Positions 17,423 to 25,867 of a stretch of DNA of 32,000 nucleotides are shown in pieces. Source of the DNA: Planctomycetales bacterium (lineage in GTDB: Bacteria > 4484-113 > JAFGCY01); NCBI GenBank assembly GCA_022646745.1, contig CP060262.1, forward strand, positions 2,070,001 to 2,102,000, given 5' to 3'. Numbering within the stretch: the stretch's first letter is position 1; every line of letters begins with the position of its first letter. The notes beneath the pieces were generated by a model. That model ran no database searches and was not told the DNA's origin. It saw only the letters and a list, made by a program, of their open reading frames with translations. The position numbers and the translations under genes are program-made.

Positions 17423-18502
17423 ATGTCGAAGGGACGTGTGATGGTGGCGATGTCGGGCGGCGTGGATTCCTCAGTGGCCGCGCTGATGCTCACGCGCGCC
17501 GGTTACGAATGCATCGGCATGACCGCCATCCTGTTCGGCGATGCCAGTGCGGCCGGGCCCTGCTGCGGCACCGAGGGGGCCAACTCCGCCGAATGCGTCT
17601 GCAACAAGCTCGGCATCGAATTCCGCCACATCGACCTCTCGGAGCTGTTCGAGGAGCAGGTGATCGGGCGCTTCCTCGGTGAGTACGACGCCGGGCGCAC
17701 GCCCAACCCCTGCAGTGACTGCAACCGCTTCATCAAGTTCGACACCTTCTTCAGATATGCAGATGAATGGGGCTGCGACTACGTTGCCACCGGGCATTAC
17801 GCGCGCATCATCGAGGATGGCAGCGCACGCCTGCTGGGCACCGGGATTGACAACAACAAGGACCAGAGCTACTTCCTCGCCTGCATCCCGCCGGAGCGGC
17901 TCAAGCGGGTGCTGTTCCCGCTCGGCGGGATTGACAAGCCTGAGGTGCGCCGGCTGGCACGCGAGGCGCTGCTGCCGACAGCGCACCGCACGGAAAGCCA
18001 GGATGTCTGCTTCATGCACAACGGGGCCGGCATCGACGAGCTGATGAGCTGGCATATGGGCAAGGCACCCGAGCCGGGTGAGGTGGTGGACGAGGCCGGC
18101 AATGTGCTGTCAACGCACAAGGGCTACCAGCGCTACACCGTCGGCCAGCGGCGCGGGATGCGGCTTGGTGGCGGCACCGAGGGGCTGGTGGTGCACCGCG
18201 TGGAGCCGGAGACGAACCGCGTGGTGGTGGCGATGAAGGATGCGCATCCGCTGGACTATGTCAGCATGCGCGACTTCGTGGACATGGCACCGGGCCGCTG
18301 GCAACTCGGGCAGGACATCCAGGTGCGCATGCGCTACCGCCAGCCGCTGTTCAGGGCGCGGGTGCTTGAACATGAGGGACAGCTGCGGGTCTATCCGCTG
18401 GAGCGGCAGTACGGCGCGGCCCTCGGGCAGTGGTGCGTTGGCTACAGTGGCGACGTCGTGCTGTTCGGCGGCATCATCGATGGCGTTGAGTACGAAACGT
18501 AG
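17423..18502 (+). CDS. mnmA: tRNA 2-thiouridine(34) synthase MnmA
   Basis: MSKGRVMVAMSGGVDSSVAA PP-loop, NPCSDCNRFIKF, ATGHYARI, KDQSYFL, ESQDVCF. The ORF-track start at 17246 is an extension. Confidence 0.9.
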   Translation: MSKGRVMVAMSGGVDSSVAALMLTRAGYECIGMTAILFGDASAAGPCCGTEGANSAECVCNKLGIEFRHIDLSELFEEQVIGRFLGEYDAGRTPNPCSDCNRFIKFDTFFRYADEWGCDYVATGHYARIIEDGSARLLGTGIDNNKDQSYFLACIPPERLKRVLFPLGGIDKPEVRRLAREALLPTAHRTESQDVCFMHNGAGIDELMSWHMGKAPEPGEVVDEAGNVLSTHKGYQRYTVGQRRGMRLGGGTEGLVVHRVEPETNRVVVAMKDAHPLDYVSMRDFVDMAPGRWQLGQDIQVRMRYRQPLFRARVLEHEGQLRVYPLERQYGAALGQWCVGYSGDVVLFGGIIDGVEYET

Positions 18503-18526
18503 GTTCTAGGATCTCGGTTGTAGGGC

Positions 18527-19347
18527 GTAGCGGCGACACTCCTGTCGACGGATTGATCATAACAACGCCGACACACCAGTTGCCAAGCGCACATGCGTGC
18601 ACTTTCTTCTGTGGTATATGGCGACGGTTTTCTTGGCGCAGAGGCGCTGAGGAAAATGAGGCGCAGAGAATTCAATACTAATTCGGGCCAAGCATGATCC
18701 GTCAATTTAATGATCAGGATACCGGTTTGTAGTTGTTCACCAGGCGTTGAATTCCTTCTCGAAGGAATGGTACATGGAAGTTGATCATCAGGCCACGCTG
18801 CTTGCCTGAAAGGCGCAGGTATGTCAGCAACTGTGCCTTATGCACTGGCTCAAGTTTGTTGACAACCTTCAGTTCAAGGAAGAGCTCATTCTCGACGATC
18901 ATATCCACCCTGTAAGCCACCTCAAGCCTGACTCCCCGGTACGTCAGGGGCAATGGCGCCTCCACCTGGATTGCCATGTTTCGGTGGATCAATTCCTGGG
19001 CAAGACAGCTTTTACAGGCTGATTCCATCAGGCCGGGGCCAAGTTTCCGGTGAACTTCAATTGCCGCGCCAATCACTTCAGCAGTTAATGGATCGTGAGC
19101 TTCAATTTCATTATGCATAACGTAAGTATGGCATATTAATGTAAAGTCACAAACAAGAATTGTAAAATCTCTGCGCCTCAGAAATATCTGCGCCTCTGCG
19201 CCAAGAAAACCGTTTCGAGCCGAGTGAGTCTATCTCGAGCGAATGCGAGTCTCATAAGCAGGAAATGGAAATGGCAGCAGATCAGGAAGGAGGGGATATG
19301 GTGTCGCCGCTACGTTCATGATCCGGCGACAGGAGTGTCGCCGCTAC
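18527..19347. mobile_element. Cassette bounded by nested inverted repeats, carrying the GxxExxY gene (possibly mobile or IVS-like)
   Basis: Outer IR is a perfect 21-mer, GTAGCGGCGACACTCCTGTCG at 18527..18547, with its reverse complement at 19327..19347. Inner IR is 18625..18669 against 19168..19212, with 23 + 12 identical end bases out of 45. The interior is lower in GC than the flanks. Confidence 0.45.
18714..19118 (-). CDS. GxxExxY protein (PD-(D/E)XK-like; the family often annotated as 23S rRNA intervening-sequence protein)
   Basis: AEVIGAAIEVHRKLGPGLMESAC..CLAQEL....V..E..LPLTYRG....AYRVDMIVENELFLELK fits the family pattern, including the G..E..Y region and the D..(V/I)E.K nuclease-like motif. 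Confidence 0.8.
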   Translation of the reverse strand: MHNEIEAHDPLTAEVIGAAIEVHRKLGPGLMESACKSCLAQELIHRNMAIQVEAPLPLTYRGVRLEVAYRVDMIVENELFLELKVVNKLEPVHKAQLLTYLRLSGKQRGLMINFHVPFLREGIQRLVNNYKPVS

Positions 19348-21397
19348 GTCGTTTTAAATATTCCCACCCGTTGCCAATCGCGATTGCCAGCACGCACCAG
19401 ATCAGGCCGGTCGCCGCTCCGAGGCTGAGGCCGAGCAATACGCGGGTGACCGTCAGTTCCAGCGGGGTGTGCAGGTGGCAGAAGGTGTTGAGGATGCTGA
19501 TCTGGCCCAACAGAGCGCCGATGCCGAGCATCACGGAAACACGTGTGCGCCAGGCGATTGACAACAGGAACAGCATCAGCAGCGGATGGCCGATCAGTTC
19601 CTTGGTGCGCGGGCGCACGCCGAAACTCTGCTCCAGACCCTCGCGGAACAGGTTCTCGATGGACAGCACTCCCAGCAGGGAGTCGTTGCCAGAGCGCAGC
19701 AGCACCACGCCGATGATGCCCATCGCGATCAGGATGAAGGCCACGTCGCCGTAGCGGATCGGGGACTGCCACAGGGTGGAAAAGCGTTGCCAGTAGCCGA
19801 CGAGGCGGTTCTCGGCGACCTGCCAGGCGTCGGCCAGCGTCTCGGCCTGCCAGCCCCAGGCGGCGAACAGCAGCACCGGCAGGGCCATGGACAGGGTCAC
19901 ACCGCGGAATTCAGACAGCTTGAGGATGCCCTCAGCGCTGGCCAGCGTGCCGTGGATGATCACTCCGCCGGCAATCGAGAACAGGCTGGCAACGATCAGC
20001 CCGAGCAGCGCAATGAAGATCCGCCGCGGACAGAAGCGCTTGCAGGAAAGCCGCGTTGTCAGGTACATGTTGACATGCATCGCCAGCCAGAAGCCGACCA
20101 GCGGGAAGGTGGTGGCCGCCAGCAGCAGCAGGATGTCGCGGGCCGCATTGCTGAATGAAGCAGCCCCGGCAGCCAGCAGTCCGGCAGCCAGCAGGCCGAT
20201 GAAGATCGGCAGTGGAATGGACTCACGGCCGGGGAAGGCCAGCAGGTAGATCAGCAGCAGGATGCCCGGCAGCCAGGCTGCTACCCAGATGCCTCCCTTC
20301 AAATCTGGCATCACGGACTGCAGCGCCATCGGTTTGCTGGCAATCGTGAAGCCCTCCGCCTGCAGTTCGCTGGCAAGGGTCTGGAAGTACTTCCGGTTCA
20401 GCTCCAGCAGGCGCTGCACGTAACCAGTATCACCGGCGCTGCCGCTGTTGAGTTGCCTGCCCCGGATGAAGGGCCGCACATACAGCACGCGCATGCTGCG
20501 CTCATCCACCGCGCGCAGGTACCTGGCAACGGCCCCGGCGATGTCGTAGTTGTCCATTTCCTCCGGTGGGATGCTGTGCAGGCGCGCCAGATGGATCTTC
20601 CCGTCGCTGCCGGTCATCCGCCGGGCCAGGCCGCCGCCGCCATCCTGCTCGTCAAATTCCACCCAGCAGAATGTCTGGCCATTGCGCTTGATCGCATTCG
20701 CCATTTCATCCAGCCGGCCGGGGTAGCCGAGCACGGTCGGGCCCTGGAACAGCACCAGGGGCTGCTCCGCGATGAAGCCCATCGTTTCCTGCAGGCCGTT
20801 GTCACCGAGGAACTCCGAGCCACCGGGACGCAGGATCAGCGATGCTCCATGCAGCGCGGCCGCATCCTGCACACTCTGGAACCAGGCCACCGGCAGCAGG
20901 CGCAGGTCCTCCTCCGGCATCGCCGGGAACTGCACGACCAGGCTTTCGTAGCCGCTGGCGAAACGTGCCACACGGCGATACGGATACCCGTGGCGGCTTG
21001 CCCCGCGTGCAATGTCAGCGCTGTAACGTTCATCCGTCACTTCAAAGGCGGGAGCCCCCGTTGCCAGTTCCGCCGGCGCGAAGATCCCGCTGTCCAGCAG
21101 GCTGCCGACGGTTTCCTCACCGTAGCAGAGCTGTGCGCCGGGCAGGGCCGCCAGCAGCTGCCAGGGTTGCTCACTGTCCTCCGGATAGGAGATGGATCCG
21201 CCGGAGGCATCCGGCAGGGAGGCCAAGGCCTGCCAGTCCACCAGCACCGCGACATCCTTGTAGCTCCTGTCCAGCACGCTGCGGCTCATGCAGAAGATCA
21301 CACTGCCAATGGCGGCAACAGCGGTGAACATCAGCGCGATGCCCAGCAGGTTCCTCCTGCTGATCATCATGCCATGCCTGTCCTCGCTCACTTCCAT
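19316..21397 (-). CDS. Large polytopic membrane protein: N-terminal anchor, ~330-aa extracytoplasmic domain, and a multi-TM C-terminal half (possibly DUF5693-like)
   Basis: Hydrophobic segments are visible throughout the C-terminal half (WVAAWLPGILLLIYLLAF, LLAAGLLAAGAA, VAFILIAMGIIGVVLL and others). The start is uncertain (21397 or 21370). The last ~10 codons and the stop lie inside the right outer IR of the GxxExxY cassette. The DUF5693 label is from memory only. Confidence 0.6.
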   Translation of the reverse strand: MEVSEDRHGMMISRRNLLGIALMFTAVAAIGSVIFCMSRSVLDRSYKDVAVLVDWQALASLPDASGGSISYPEDSEQPWQLLAALPGAQLCYGEETVGSLLDSGIFAPAELATGAPAFEVTDERYSADIARGASRHGYPYRRVARFASGYESLVVQFPAMPEEDLRLLPVAWFQSVQDAAALHGASLILRPGGSEFLGDNGLQETMGFIAEQPLVLFQGPTVLGYPGRLDEMANAIKRNGQTFCWVEFDEQDGGGGLARRMTGSDGKIHLARLHSIPPEEMDNYDIAGAVARYLRAVDERSMRVLYVRPFIRGRQLNSGSAGDTGYVQRLLELNRKYFQTLASELQAEGFTIASKPMALQSVMPDLKGGIWVAAWLPGILLLIYLLAFPGRESIPLPIFIGLLAAGLLAAGAASFSNAARDILLLLAATTFPLVGFWLAMHVNMYLTTRLSCKRFCPRRIFIALLGLIVASLFSIAGGVIIHGTLASAEGILKLSEFRGVTLSMALPVLLFAAWGWQAETLADAWQVAENRLVGYWQRFSTLWQSPIRYGDVAFILIAMGIIGVVLLRSGNDSLLGVLSIENLFREGLEQSFGVRPRTKELIGHPLLMLFLLSIAWRTRVSVMLGIGALLGQISILNTFCHLHTPLELTVTRVLLGLSLGAATGLIWCVLAIAIGNGWEYLKRRSGDTPVAGS

Positions 21398-21801
21398 TCA
21401 CCGCGCAGCAGCAGTGCACAGTCGTTGGCCGGGCGGATGAAGATGTCATGCCCGCTGCCGTTGACATAATGGTGCGCCGGCAGCAGGGCCGTCGCGCTGA
21501 CGCGCTCCCCCGCGCTGATGTCCAGCAGGTCGTCCCGCAGCGGGTCCAGCTCATCGATCACGACCTGTCCGGCTGCGGGCTGGGTCACGATCAGTTCAGC
21601 GCCTGTGCCGAGTCGGATGCTGGTCCCCGCCGGCACCTGCCGCAGTGTGAACATCCCGCGGTGCTGCACATAGCTGACCGTCGCCAGCGGATCCTCCTTG
21701 CTGCCCGGGTCAGCGGACAGCACGCCCATCGTCGCCAGTGAACACAGTGCGGTCACGGCCGTTGCCAGCAGCAGCCGCTGCCGGATTCCGATCATCCTCA
21801 T
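21388..21801 (-). CDS. Small secreted hypothetical protein
   Basis: GAGGTGGGAG RBS before the ATG at 21801. Signal-like MRMIGIRQRLLLATAVTALCSLATMGVLSA. Overlaps the downstream gene start. Confidence 0.55.
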   Translation of the reverse strand: MRMIGIRQRLLLATAVTALCSLATMGVLSADPGSKEDPLATVSYVQHRGMFTLRQVPAGTSIRLGTGAELIVTQPAAGQVVIDELDPLRDDLLDISAGERVSATALLPAHHYVNGSGHDIFIRPANDCALLLRGEWK

Positions 21802-21811
21802 AACTCCCACC

Positions 21812-22753
21812 TCAGGCTTCGCCACCAAGCGAATTCATGTCCTTTTCGTCCGGCTCACTTTCATCCGGGATGTAGTCCGGGGCCGGGTTGCCACTCTGCT
21901 GCGCGGCCCCTTCCTTCTCCAGTGCTTCCTGCTGTTCCTTCTTGCGGCGCACGCGCTCCAGCTCGTCCAGCAGCTCCTGTTCGCGCTTGTCCAGTTCGCT
22001 GTCCCCCGCCGCTTCAGTACTCACTTCATCCAGCGCGCGGCTGCGGGCCTGCACGAACACGTATCCATCGTGCATCTCCAGCTTGTCAACCTCAATCGCC
22101 ACGCGGAACTGGTCCAGGTCCACCACCGGGGTGAGCGTACTGAAGGCGGCCTTCAGCTCCTTGACGCCAATCTCCGCCCCACCCAGCTGCAGTTCGTCCA
22201 CCTCCAGCTTGAGGCGCGTGCTGCCATCCGCCACGATCCGTCCGTTGGCGCCGATGCGCACCTCGGCAAAGGCCATGTCGAAGATCCCGTTGATCGTCAC
22301 GCTGCCATCCTCGAGTGCGATCTCGACGTCGCGCATGCCCTTCTTCTCCAGCTCCCCGCCCCAGCGCTGCTTGAGCGCATCCTCGCTGACCTTCAGTTCG
22401 AGCTCGCCGCTCTGCACCTCACTCAGCCCCGCGTTGCCACTGAGCAGCACCTGCGGCAGGTCGAAGCGGATACCGCGCCCCTTGAAGCGCAGGTCCTCGA
22501 CGAGCATCCCGTCCAGCTTGGCCTCGGCGCTGTCAACGTAGAAGCTGTCCACCTGGCCCTCGAGCGTGTCGAGCAGGCTGCCGCGCCCGATCACCACGGT
22601 TGAGCTCGGCGGCAGCAGGAATTCGCGGCGTACGCTGTCCGCCAGCTCCTCGTCCACCTTCGGCAGCAGCAGCCAGTTGAGCGCAGCCAGGGCCAGCAGT
22701 GCAAGCACCACCAGCACCAGCACGAAGTTCGCCAGTCTCTGGAAACAGCCCAT
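21812..22753 (-). CDS. LmeA/DUF2993-like membrane-anchored protein with an acidic, coiled C-terminal tail
   Basis: N-terminal TM FVLVLVVLALLALAALNWLLL. Repeated pattern VVIGRGSLLDTLEGQVDSFYVDSAEAKLDGMLVEDLRFKGRGIRFD is typical of DUF2993. Its start overlaps the upstream stop (TGATG). Confidence 0.6.
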   Translation of the reverse strand: MGCFQRLANFVLVLVVLALLALAALNWLLLPKVDEELADSVRREFLLPPSSTVVIGRGSLLDTLEGQVDSFYVDSAEAKLDGMLVEDLRFKGRGIRFDLPQVLLSGNAGLSEVQSGELELKVSEDALKQRWGGELEKKGMRDVEIALEDGSVTINGIFDMAFAEVRIGANGRIVADGSTRLKLEVDELQLGGAEIGVKELKAAFSTLTPVVDLDQFRVAIEVDKLEMHDGYVFVQARSRALDEVSTEAAGDSELDKREQELLDELERVRRKKEQQEALEKEGAAQQSGNPAPDYIPDESEPDEKDMNSLGGEA

Positions 22754-24603
22754 CAGTTCACTGTGATCTGGTAGTTGTCAATGTCCGCCTCGGCCACGGA
22801 GAACACATCCGTGTTGGCCTGCGGGTTGATCTGTTCATCGGTGTAGAAGTCGACCTCCATCTGCACCGCGATCGGGTTGAGCAGCTGGTCACGCACCTCG
22901 CCCAGCTGGTCCTCGTTGTCAAGCAGGTTGATGCCGGCATCGCAGGTGAAGAACTGCACGGTGAAGTCCTCCGGGCGCTGCTCCGCCAGGTCGTAGAACA
23001 CGTTCGGGTCGATCGTCAGCGAGATCGCGTTCTGCGTGAACTGGCTGCCGACGTACCACGCGTAGGTATTGCTAAGGATGTCCGGCAGGGTGTCGGTCCA
23101 GTAACGCTCGGCGGTGGTGTAGTTGCTCTTGCCGAGCCCGTAGAAGATCGAGATCGAGTTGCCGCCGTCCTCCAGCGAGGAGTGCGGCACGATCAGCTCG
23201 TCACGGCTGAGGTTGTCAACCGGCGCGACCTCGATGCGTGTCGGTTGCAGGCCCGTCAGGTATGTGATGATGTCACCCTCCCAGGTGAACACGCTGTCAC
23301 CGCCGCCCTCCGGCGTCTCGCGCCCGCTGCGCTGGATGTAGAGCGTCTGGTCGAGGTTGTCCGGGTCACCGGTCACGAGGATGATGTCGGAGGAGTTGTC
23401 ATTGCCGGTCTCGTCCGCCAGGCAGTAGGTCGGCACGTTGTTGCCGGTGCTGAAGGCGACCGGCGTGGCCGCCAGTGTGCCGGCGCTGTCCGTCAGCCAG
23501 GCCCCGGCGCTGCCCGTGCCGTCGGCATTCTGCCAGCAGGCCAGCACCGCCTCGCGCGAGAGGTAGCCGTTGCCAATCGAAGCGCTGAAGCATTCACCGG
23601 GCACGTCGAGCGTGCTGCGCAGGCTGATAGTTCCGTCATCGGCCACGTCCAGCACGCGCACCATCCCGTCGGCTGCACCGGTGCCGCTTTCCGCGATCGC
23701 CAGGCTGTCGGTGCCCTGCTCGAGGATGCCGTGCTGCAGGCTGATCGCGCGGTCCGCCACGGTGATGCTGTCGGTCGCGGTGAATGTGCCATCCGCATTG
23801 CCCAGCAGCACCTGCACGGAGCGCACCCCGCCGCTTTCGCCGATCAGCGCGATGTCACTGATCGTGTCATTGTTGAATTCCTGCATGATGCTGTCCACCA
23901 GCACCTCGATCCCGAGCGGCTGGTCCGCCAGCGCGGTGAACTCGGCATTGCCATTGCCCTGCAGCACGCGGATGAAGGGCGCGGTGCCCGCATTGCCGGC
24001 ATCCAGCACCACGACATCGCGGTTGCCATCTGCATCGAAGTCGTAGTTGTGGCAGCGGAAGGGCCGCACGCCGTCGTTGATGTCGCGCACCGGGCGGAAG
24101 TAGATTGGCTCCAGCAGGTTGTCCTGCACGGCCACGCTTTCAATCAGCTGCGTCACGCCGTCCTCGGCGCAGGTCACCACGATGTCGCCGAAGCCATTGC
24201 CATCGGCATCGAAGGTGGTGGTGCAGGTCGGGCCGTCGCCGGTGCCGATCACGGTCGGGCCGCGCGGGATCTGCTTCGTGAACAGCTGCGTGCCGCCAGT
24301 CTCCGGGTGGAAGCCGATGTACAGCTCCCAGTTCAGCGCGCGGTCCTCGTTGGAGATCACGTCGATCGGACGGTCCACCGCACTGATGCTCGGCGCCTTG
24401 CTGAAGTTGAAGACGGTGTAGTACCAGTAGTCCGGGCTGAAGGAATTGCCGCGCACGCTCCAGATGATGTTCACCTCATCGGGATAGGGCACGATGTCCA
24501 GGCCGGAGTTGGCGTCATGCGCGCAACCGCCGGGGATGAGCATCGCCAGCACGGCGGCGAGCGCCAGGCTGCGGCTGGTCAGTGTTAAGCAGATGCGTGG
24601 CAT
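22753..24603 (-). CDS. FG-GAP/VCBS-repeat lipoprotein
   Basis: Start MPRICLTLTSRSLALAAVLAMLIPGGC (lipobox). Repeats FDADGNGFGDIVV, YDFDADGNRDVVVLD and NNDTISDIALIG. The ORF-track start at 24672 is an extension. Confidence 0.75.
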   Translation of the reverse strand: MPRICLTLTSRSLALAAVLAMLIPGGCAHDANSGLDIVPYPDEVNIIWSVRGNSFSPDYWYYTVFNFSKAPSISAVDRPIDVISNEDRALNWELYIGFHPETGGTQLFTKQIPRGPTVIGTGDGPTCTTTFDADGNGFGDIVVTCAEDGVTQLIESVAVQDNLLEPIYFRPVRDINDGVRPFRCHNYDFDADGNRDVVVLDAGNAGTAPFIRVLQGNGNAEFTALADQPLGIEVLVDSIMQEFNNDTISDIALIGESGGVRSVQVLLGNADGTFTATDSITVADRAISLQHGILEQGTDSLAIAESGTGAADGMVRVLDVADDGTISLRSTLDVPGECFSASIGNGYLSREAVLACWQNADGTGSAGAWLTDSAGTLAATPVAFSTGNNVPTYCLADETGNDNSSDIILVTGDPDNLDQTLYIQRSGRETPEGGGDSVFTWEGDIITYLTGLQPTRIEVAPVDNLSRDELIVPHSSLEDGGNSISIFYGLGKSNYTTAERYWTDTLPDILSNTYAWYVGSQFTQNAISLTIDPNVFYDLAEQRPEDFTVQFFTCDAGINLLDNEDQLGEVRDQLLNPIAVQMEVDFYTDEQINPQANTDVFSVAEADIDNYQITVN

Positions 24604-24671
24604 GCTGCGACTATTATAGTGATGGCCATACCTCATATATATGCAGAGAGTGCATCGGGCAGGTCTGTTCA

Positions 24672-25802
24672 ATGTTAAACAGCACGCAAGCGGCGGGGCA
24701 GGGGGGCCGGCTCGGCTTTGCGGACTGGCTCACGCGGGTCTGCGGCCGCAGCACTGCCACGGCGAAATCCTACGAACGCGATGCGGCGGCCTATGTGGAC
24801 TGGTCCGAGGGGCAGGGGCTGGCGCTCAGGCAGGCGCTGAACCGGGCGCAGCTCGGGCTGTACCTGATGGAGCGGATGGACGAGCGGCGGCGCTGGGCCG
24901 GCGAGCAGCAGAAGCTCGGGGCGCGCAGTGCGGCACGCATCGTCTCAGCGCTGAGGATGTACCAGGCCTGGCTGCGCTTCAACGGCGAGCTGGATGGCGC
25001 AGACGGCTTCGACCCGGAGCCGCCGAAGTACAGCCGCCGCCTGCCGGACTACCACAACACGGACGAAATGCAGGCGCTGGTCAGTGCCTGGGATGGCGAG
25101 CGCGGTCCGCTGGCGCTGCGCAATGCGGCGATGCTGCACCTGTTGTACGCCACCGGGATCCGCGCCAGCGAGCTGTGCGGGCTCAACATCGGCGATATCG
25201 AGCCGCGCGCGCGGCTGGTGCGGGTGCGGGGCAAGGGCAACCGCGAGCGCGTCGTGCCGTATGGCGCTAAGGCGGCGGCAGCGCTGGAGCAGTGGCTGAG
25301 CAGCGGGAGACCGCTGCTCGGGGATCAGGGACCTGGGACCAGGGACCAGACAGCTGATTCCGGGGATCGGGGGTCGGGTTTCGGGGATCCGCAGAGCTCT
25401 CAGTCTGACTCTCGCCAGCGCTCTGCCGAAACCGGAAACCGGAAACCCGCGACCCGCTCCGCCGAAACCGGAAACCCGGATACCGGTATGCGGAAACCCG
25501 AAACCGGAAACCCGAAACCGGACGCATTGTTCCTGAATCACCGGGGCAGCCGCCTGACCCGCCGCGGCCTGCATGACGTGGTGGACAAGTCAGCGCTGAA
25601 GGCCGGCATCCTGAAGTCCGTCTCCAGCCACAAGCTGCGCCATGCCTGCGCCACGCACCTCTTGGAGGGCGGCGCGGACGTCCGCCTGGTGCAGGAACTG
25701 CTGGGCCACCAGAGCCTGGCGACCACCCAGGTCTATACGCAGGTCACCCGCACCCAACTGCTCGACGCCTTCGACAAGGCGCATCCGCGGGCGAAGAAGT
25801 AA
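24672..25802 (+). CDS. XerC/XerD-family tyrosine recombinase carrying a ~68-codon low-complexity insertion
   Basis: ATGIRASELCGLNIGDI, VRVRGKGNRERVVP, HKLRHACATHLLEGGADVRLVQELLGHQSLATTQVYTQV. The insertion sits between GRPLL and ALFLNHRG, where E. coli XerD has only a few residues. Confidence 0.85.
   Translation: MLNSTQAAGQGGRLGFADWLTRVCGRSTATAKSYERDAAAYVDWSEGQGLALRQALNRAQLGLYLMERMDERRRWAGEQQKLGARSAARIVSALRMYQAWLRFNGELDGADGFDPEPPKYSRRLPDYHNTDEMQALVSAWDGERGPLALRNAAMLHLLYATGIRASELCGLNIGDIEPRARLVRVRGKGNRERVVPYGAKAAAALEQWLSSGRPLLGDQGPGTRDQTADSGDRGSGFGDPQSSQSDSRQRSAETGNRKPATRSAETGNPDTGMRKPETGNPKPDALFLNHRGSRLTRRGLHDVVDKSALKAGILKSVSSHKLRHACATHLLEGGADVRLVQELLGHQSLATTQVYTQVTRTQLLDAFDKAHPRAKK
25320..25523 (+). 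repeat. In-frame heptamer-repeat / hairpin element inside the recombinase gene
   Basis: GGGACCW units, GGGGATC units, the core GGTTTCGGGGATCCGCAGAGC..GCTCTGCCGAAACC, then GAAACCS units. It is homologous at the DNA level to 28830..28918. Confidence 0.8.
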
Positions 25803-25843
25803 TATTTTTGGGCCTGGACAGATCGCCTGGCATATGTTAAGTA

Positions 25844-25849
25844 TATAAT
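25844..25849 (+). promoter_or_regulatory. Candidate -10 box (TATAAT) for the M-R-V operon
   Basis: Perfect TATAAT 18 nt upstream of the dcm ATG. No convincing -35. Confidence 0.3.
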
Positions 25850-25867
25850 GTCAGAGGCGAGGTGTGC

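Noticed and set aside
20453-22603. 338-aa and 301-aa + strand ORFs (20453..21469 and 21698..22603)
   Set aside because: They lie antisense to the membrane-protein, small secreted protein and LmeA-like genes. There is no independent support.
22699-24588. 629-aa + strand ORF
   Set aside because: Antisense to the FG-GAP lipoprotein gene, which has a lipobox and clear repeats. The composition is dominated by Arg/Ala/Val/His.
25320-25523. Possibility that the insertions in the recombinase and holB are inteins
   Set aside because: They are far too short and low in complexity. There is no Cys/Ser/Thr-initiated splicing block and no terminal His-Asn. The flanking host residues do not fit extein junctions.
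25831-25857. dif-like Xer site at the recombinase/island boundary (TATGTTAA at 25833..25840 matches 8 nt of the E. coli dif XerD arm)
   Set aside because: Only one arm-like 8-mer is present. I found no convincing second arm at 6-bp spacing and no matching site at the other island boundary. The same bases are better explained as the AT-rich promoter region (TATAAT at 25844..25849).
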